Shown piece after piece: positions 61,935-64,000 of a stretch of 64,000 nt of DNA. The number at the start of each line of letters is the position of its first letter. Positions within the stretch are counted from its first letter, which is position 1. This DNA is from Candidatus Hodarchaeota archaeon (GTDB taxonomy: Archaea; Asgardarchaeota; Lokiarchaeia; Sigyniarchaeales; SOKP01): positions 171,895 to 235,894 of the forward strand of contig JBHLJY010000004.1 of assembly GCA_048887225.1 (NCBI GenBank). The letters are read 5' to 3'. Made by a program: the position numbers and the translations under genes. The notes beneath the pieces were generated by a model. The model had not been told where the DNA came from, did no database searches, and saw only the letters and a list, made by a program, of their open reading frames with translations.

Positions 61935-64000
61935 ATGAGAAAATTGGGGTTAGTATTAATATTAAGTATAATTGTTATTTCAACCTTTTTTATATTTTAT
62001 AGCATAAATTATCCGATAAGCGATGCAAATTCGGAGAAGGATAGAAATCTATCAGAGATTTCTTATGTTCAGAATGACCAGCCTAAAATTAGTGATTCAT
62101 TTGAGCCGAATAATAATTTTAGTAGTGCGATTGAGATAGCTAAAGGATGGCATTCACTTTTAGATTGTAATGATGACGACTGGTTTAAATTTTGGATTAA
62201 TATTAATGAAGAATTTACAATTGATATATTTTTTCTGCATAGCATGGGGGATTTAGATATGGAATTACGAGATAATTCTAATGGATGGCTCGACGGATCG
62301 TATTCGGTAGATGATAATGAGACAATCACATGGACAGCGGGTTATTCGGGATATTACTATATTCATATTTATAACTTAACTGTCGGCGGTAATTATTATG
62401 ACTTAGATATTTATATTAATTTGTTGGGTGATGATGGTTTTGAGCCTAATAATTATTTTAGTAATGCTGTTGAAATAGGTAAAGGATGGTACCCTTCATT
62501 AATGTGTAAGGATGATGATTGGTTTAAATTTTGGATTGAGAAGGACGAAGAATTTACAGTTGAAATATTTTTCCCGCATAGTATGGGGGATTTAGACATG
62601 GAATTATACAATAATTCTAATGGATGGCTCGACGGATCGTATTCGGTAGATGATAATGAGATGATCACTTGGATAGCAAATTATTCTGGATTTTATTATA
62701 TTCATATTTATAATTACTCTTTCACCATTGGTAATTATTACGACCTAGATATTTATATTGGATGGAAATGGTGGGATGATGAATATGAATATAATAACGA
62801 TTTTTGGAGTGCTAAGGAGGTCTTTAAGGGTTTACACCGCCATCTAAAATGCCAAGATGAAGATTGGTATATGATTCATTTATTTGCTGGTGAAGATATA
62901 ACAGTTGACATTTTTTTCTTTAACGACTCCGGAAATTTAGATATGGAATTATACAATAATACTTATGGTTGGCTAAACGGTTCGTATTCTTGGGATGACG
63001 ATGAGACAATTTCGTTCACAGCAAGTTATACAGGCTATTATTTTATATTTGTAAATAAATACTCTTTTGATGACGATAATGAATATGATATGAAAATTAG
63101 TGGTCAGCAGATTACCGTTTTCTACGAAGATTTTGAAGGTCCGATTTCATCTAGTTGGTCTGGAGTGAATGAAGGAAATTATATGCATGTAACCTCCCGT
63201 GATTCCTCTCCTGAAAGCCCGTTTAATAGTTTATGGTGTGGAAATGAAATCACAGGGTTTTATGATAAACAAATTAATGGTTCAAGTATTCCATATAAAG
63301 AATCCGCTATAATAAATGATCTTGATTTAAGAGATTATTGTTATGTTGAATTAACGTTCGATGTTAAATTATCTGTTGGATTTAATTTTAGCGATTATGC
63401 TAGTATCTCTGTTAATTTACTTGGTGATGAATATTATCTTAGTCCAAAATATACTAATTGTGATTTTGAATTAGGTAAAGGTTATGAAAATACAGGAGGA
63501 TGGGTTAATCAAACCGTTGATTTATCTTTCTTTAGTGGTTATGAACTTGTCGACATTATCTTTAATTTTGGGGCGGATGAGGTTGATAATTACTATGAAG
63601 GAGTAATGATTGATAATGTGCGAATAAAAGGTATCCCTGATGATGAACCTATAGGTTATGAACTGGGTATTCATGTAGGAGATGAATTCTATTATTACTT
63701 TCCATATATTGATCAATATTCATGGACCGAAATTTTTGACAGTGGAATACACGGATTTTACGACGAATTTATAAAGATTGAAATTATGTCCATCAATGAT
63801 ATGGGGTCATATTGGGAAGTGACTTCACTATTTTGGGATCCATGGGATGATTTTGAAGAATTTGCTGGCACTGATGAAATTAAATATAAAATTTATAAAA
63901 ATCCTATCAATATGAAAGATGGTGCAGACTTCTTTATTCCAAGAGGTGATATGTGGAGATATTTCGAAAAAGCTGATAATTTTGATCGTGATTGGACAAA
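61935..64000 (+). CDS. Secreted/surface protein with three PPC-like (pre-peptidase C-terminal) repeats, runs off the right edge
   Basis: ATG 61935, signal peptide MRKLGLVLILSIIVISTFF; three copies of D.FEPNN...DDDWF...GDLDMELY...GSYS.DDNE...GYYYI; missing from the ORF track. Confidence 0.8.
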   Translation, partial: MRKLGLVLILSIIVISTFFIFYSINYPISDANSEKDRNLSEISYVQNDQPKISDSFEPNNNFSSAIEIAKGWHSLLDCNDDDWFKFWININEEFTIDIFFLHSMGDLDMELRDNSNGWLDGSYSVDDNETITWTAGYSGYYYIHIYNLTVGGNYYDLDIYINLLGDDGFEPNNYFSNAVEIGKGWYPSLMCKDDDWFKFWIEKDEEFTVEIFFPHSMGDLDMELYNNSNGWLDGSYSVDDNEMITWIANYSGFYYIHIYNYSFTIGNYYDLDIYIGWKWWDDEYEYNNDFWSAKEVFKGLHRHLKCQDEDWYMIHLFAGEDITVDIFFFNDSGNLDMELYNNTYGWLNGSYSWDDDETISFTASYTGYYFIFVNKYSFDDDNEYDMKISGQQITVFYEDFEGPISSSWSGVNEGNYMHVTSRDSSPESPFNSLWCGNEITGFYDKQINGSSIPYKESAIINDLDLRDYCYVELTFDVKLSVGFNFSDYASISVNLLGDEYYLSPKYTNCDFELGKGYENTGGWVNQTVDLSFFSGYELVDIIFNFGADEVDNYYEGVMIDNVRIKGIPDDEPIGYELGIHVGDEFYYYFPYIDQYSWTEIFDSGIHGFYDEFIKIEIMSINDMGSYWEVTSLFWDPWDDFEEFAGTDEIKYKIYKNPINMKDGADFFIPRGDMWRYFEKADNFDRDWT
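62090..63100 (+). repeat. Three intragenic repeats of about 340 bp
   Basis: ATAATTCTAATGGATGGCTCGACGGATCGTATTCGGTAGATGATAATGAGA is identical in copies 1 and 2; boundaries approximate. Confidence 0.8.

Noticed and set aside
735-63716. Many short antisense or overlapping ORFs in the track (e.g. 735-944, 3091-3390, 11836-12168, 35398-35778, 57715-58185, 58450-58845, 58857-59078, 62069-62668)
   Set aside because: They are shadows of well-supported genes on the opposite strand or frame.
1-64000. CRISPR arrays, transposases, integrases, rRNA, selenoprotein TGA readthrough
   Set aside because: No spaced repeats, mobile-element ORFs, rRNA-like sequence or in-frame TGA at a catalytic Cys position was seen by eye.

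Overview
AT-rich archaeal chromosomal segment, almost certainly from an Asgard archaeon (Lokiarchaeia-like). This is inferred from eS26, two Rab-like small GTPases, roadblock and longin/DENN-like proteins and abundant fatty-acid/acyl-CoA genes. The window carries a sulfur-relay/Fe-S cluster (TusA, DsrE, IscS, IscU fusion, CoADR-rhodanese fusion), beta-oxidation genes, a CbiMNQO-type ECF transporter, archaeosine genes, TFB/Gar1, ahcY, dnaG, the rps19e-rpl39e-rpl31e-eIF6-eL20-pfdA-ftsY-secE operon and two tRNAs. The top finding is an acyl-CoA dehydrogenase gene interrupted by a 36-nt stop-containing insert (43870-43905). The insert folds into a bulge-helix-bulge splice motif, and excision at canonical EndA positions restores the frame, making it a candidate tRNA-endonuclease-spliced mRNA intron. 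A tRNA-Phe in the same window has two non-canonical introns. Other highlights are an unannotated 39-aa Cys-rich peptide upstream of an RRE-radical SAM/SPASM enzyme (candidate RiPP system), a Lys-to-Asp IscS beside an IscU-TrxB-domain fusion, recurrent ATT/ATA start codons in core genes and two candidate structured small RNAs. All calls are by eye from motifs; no database searches were run.
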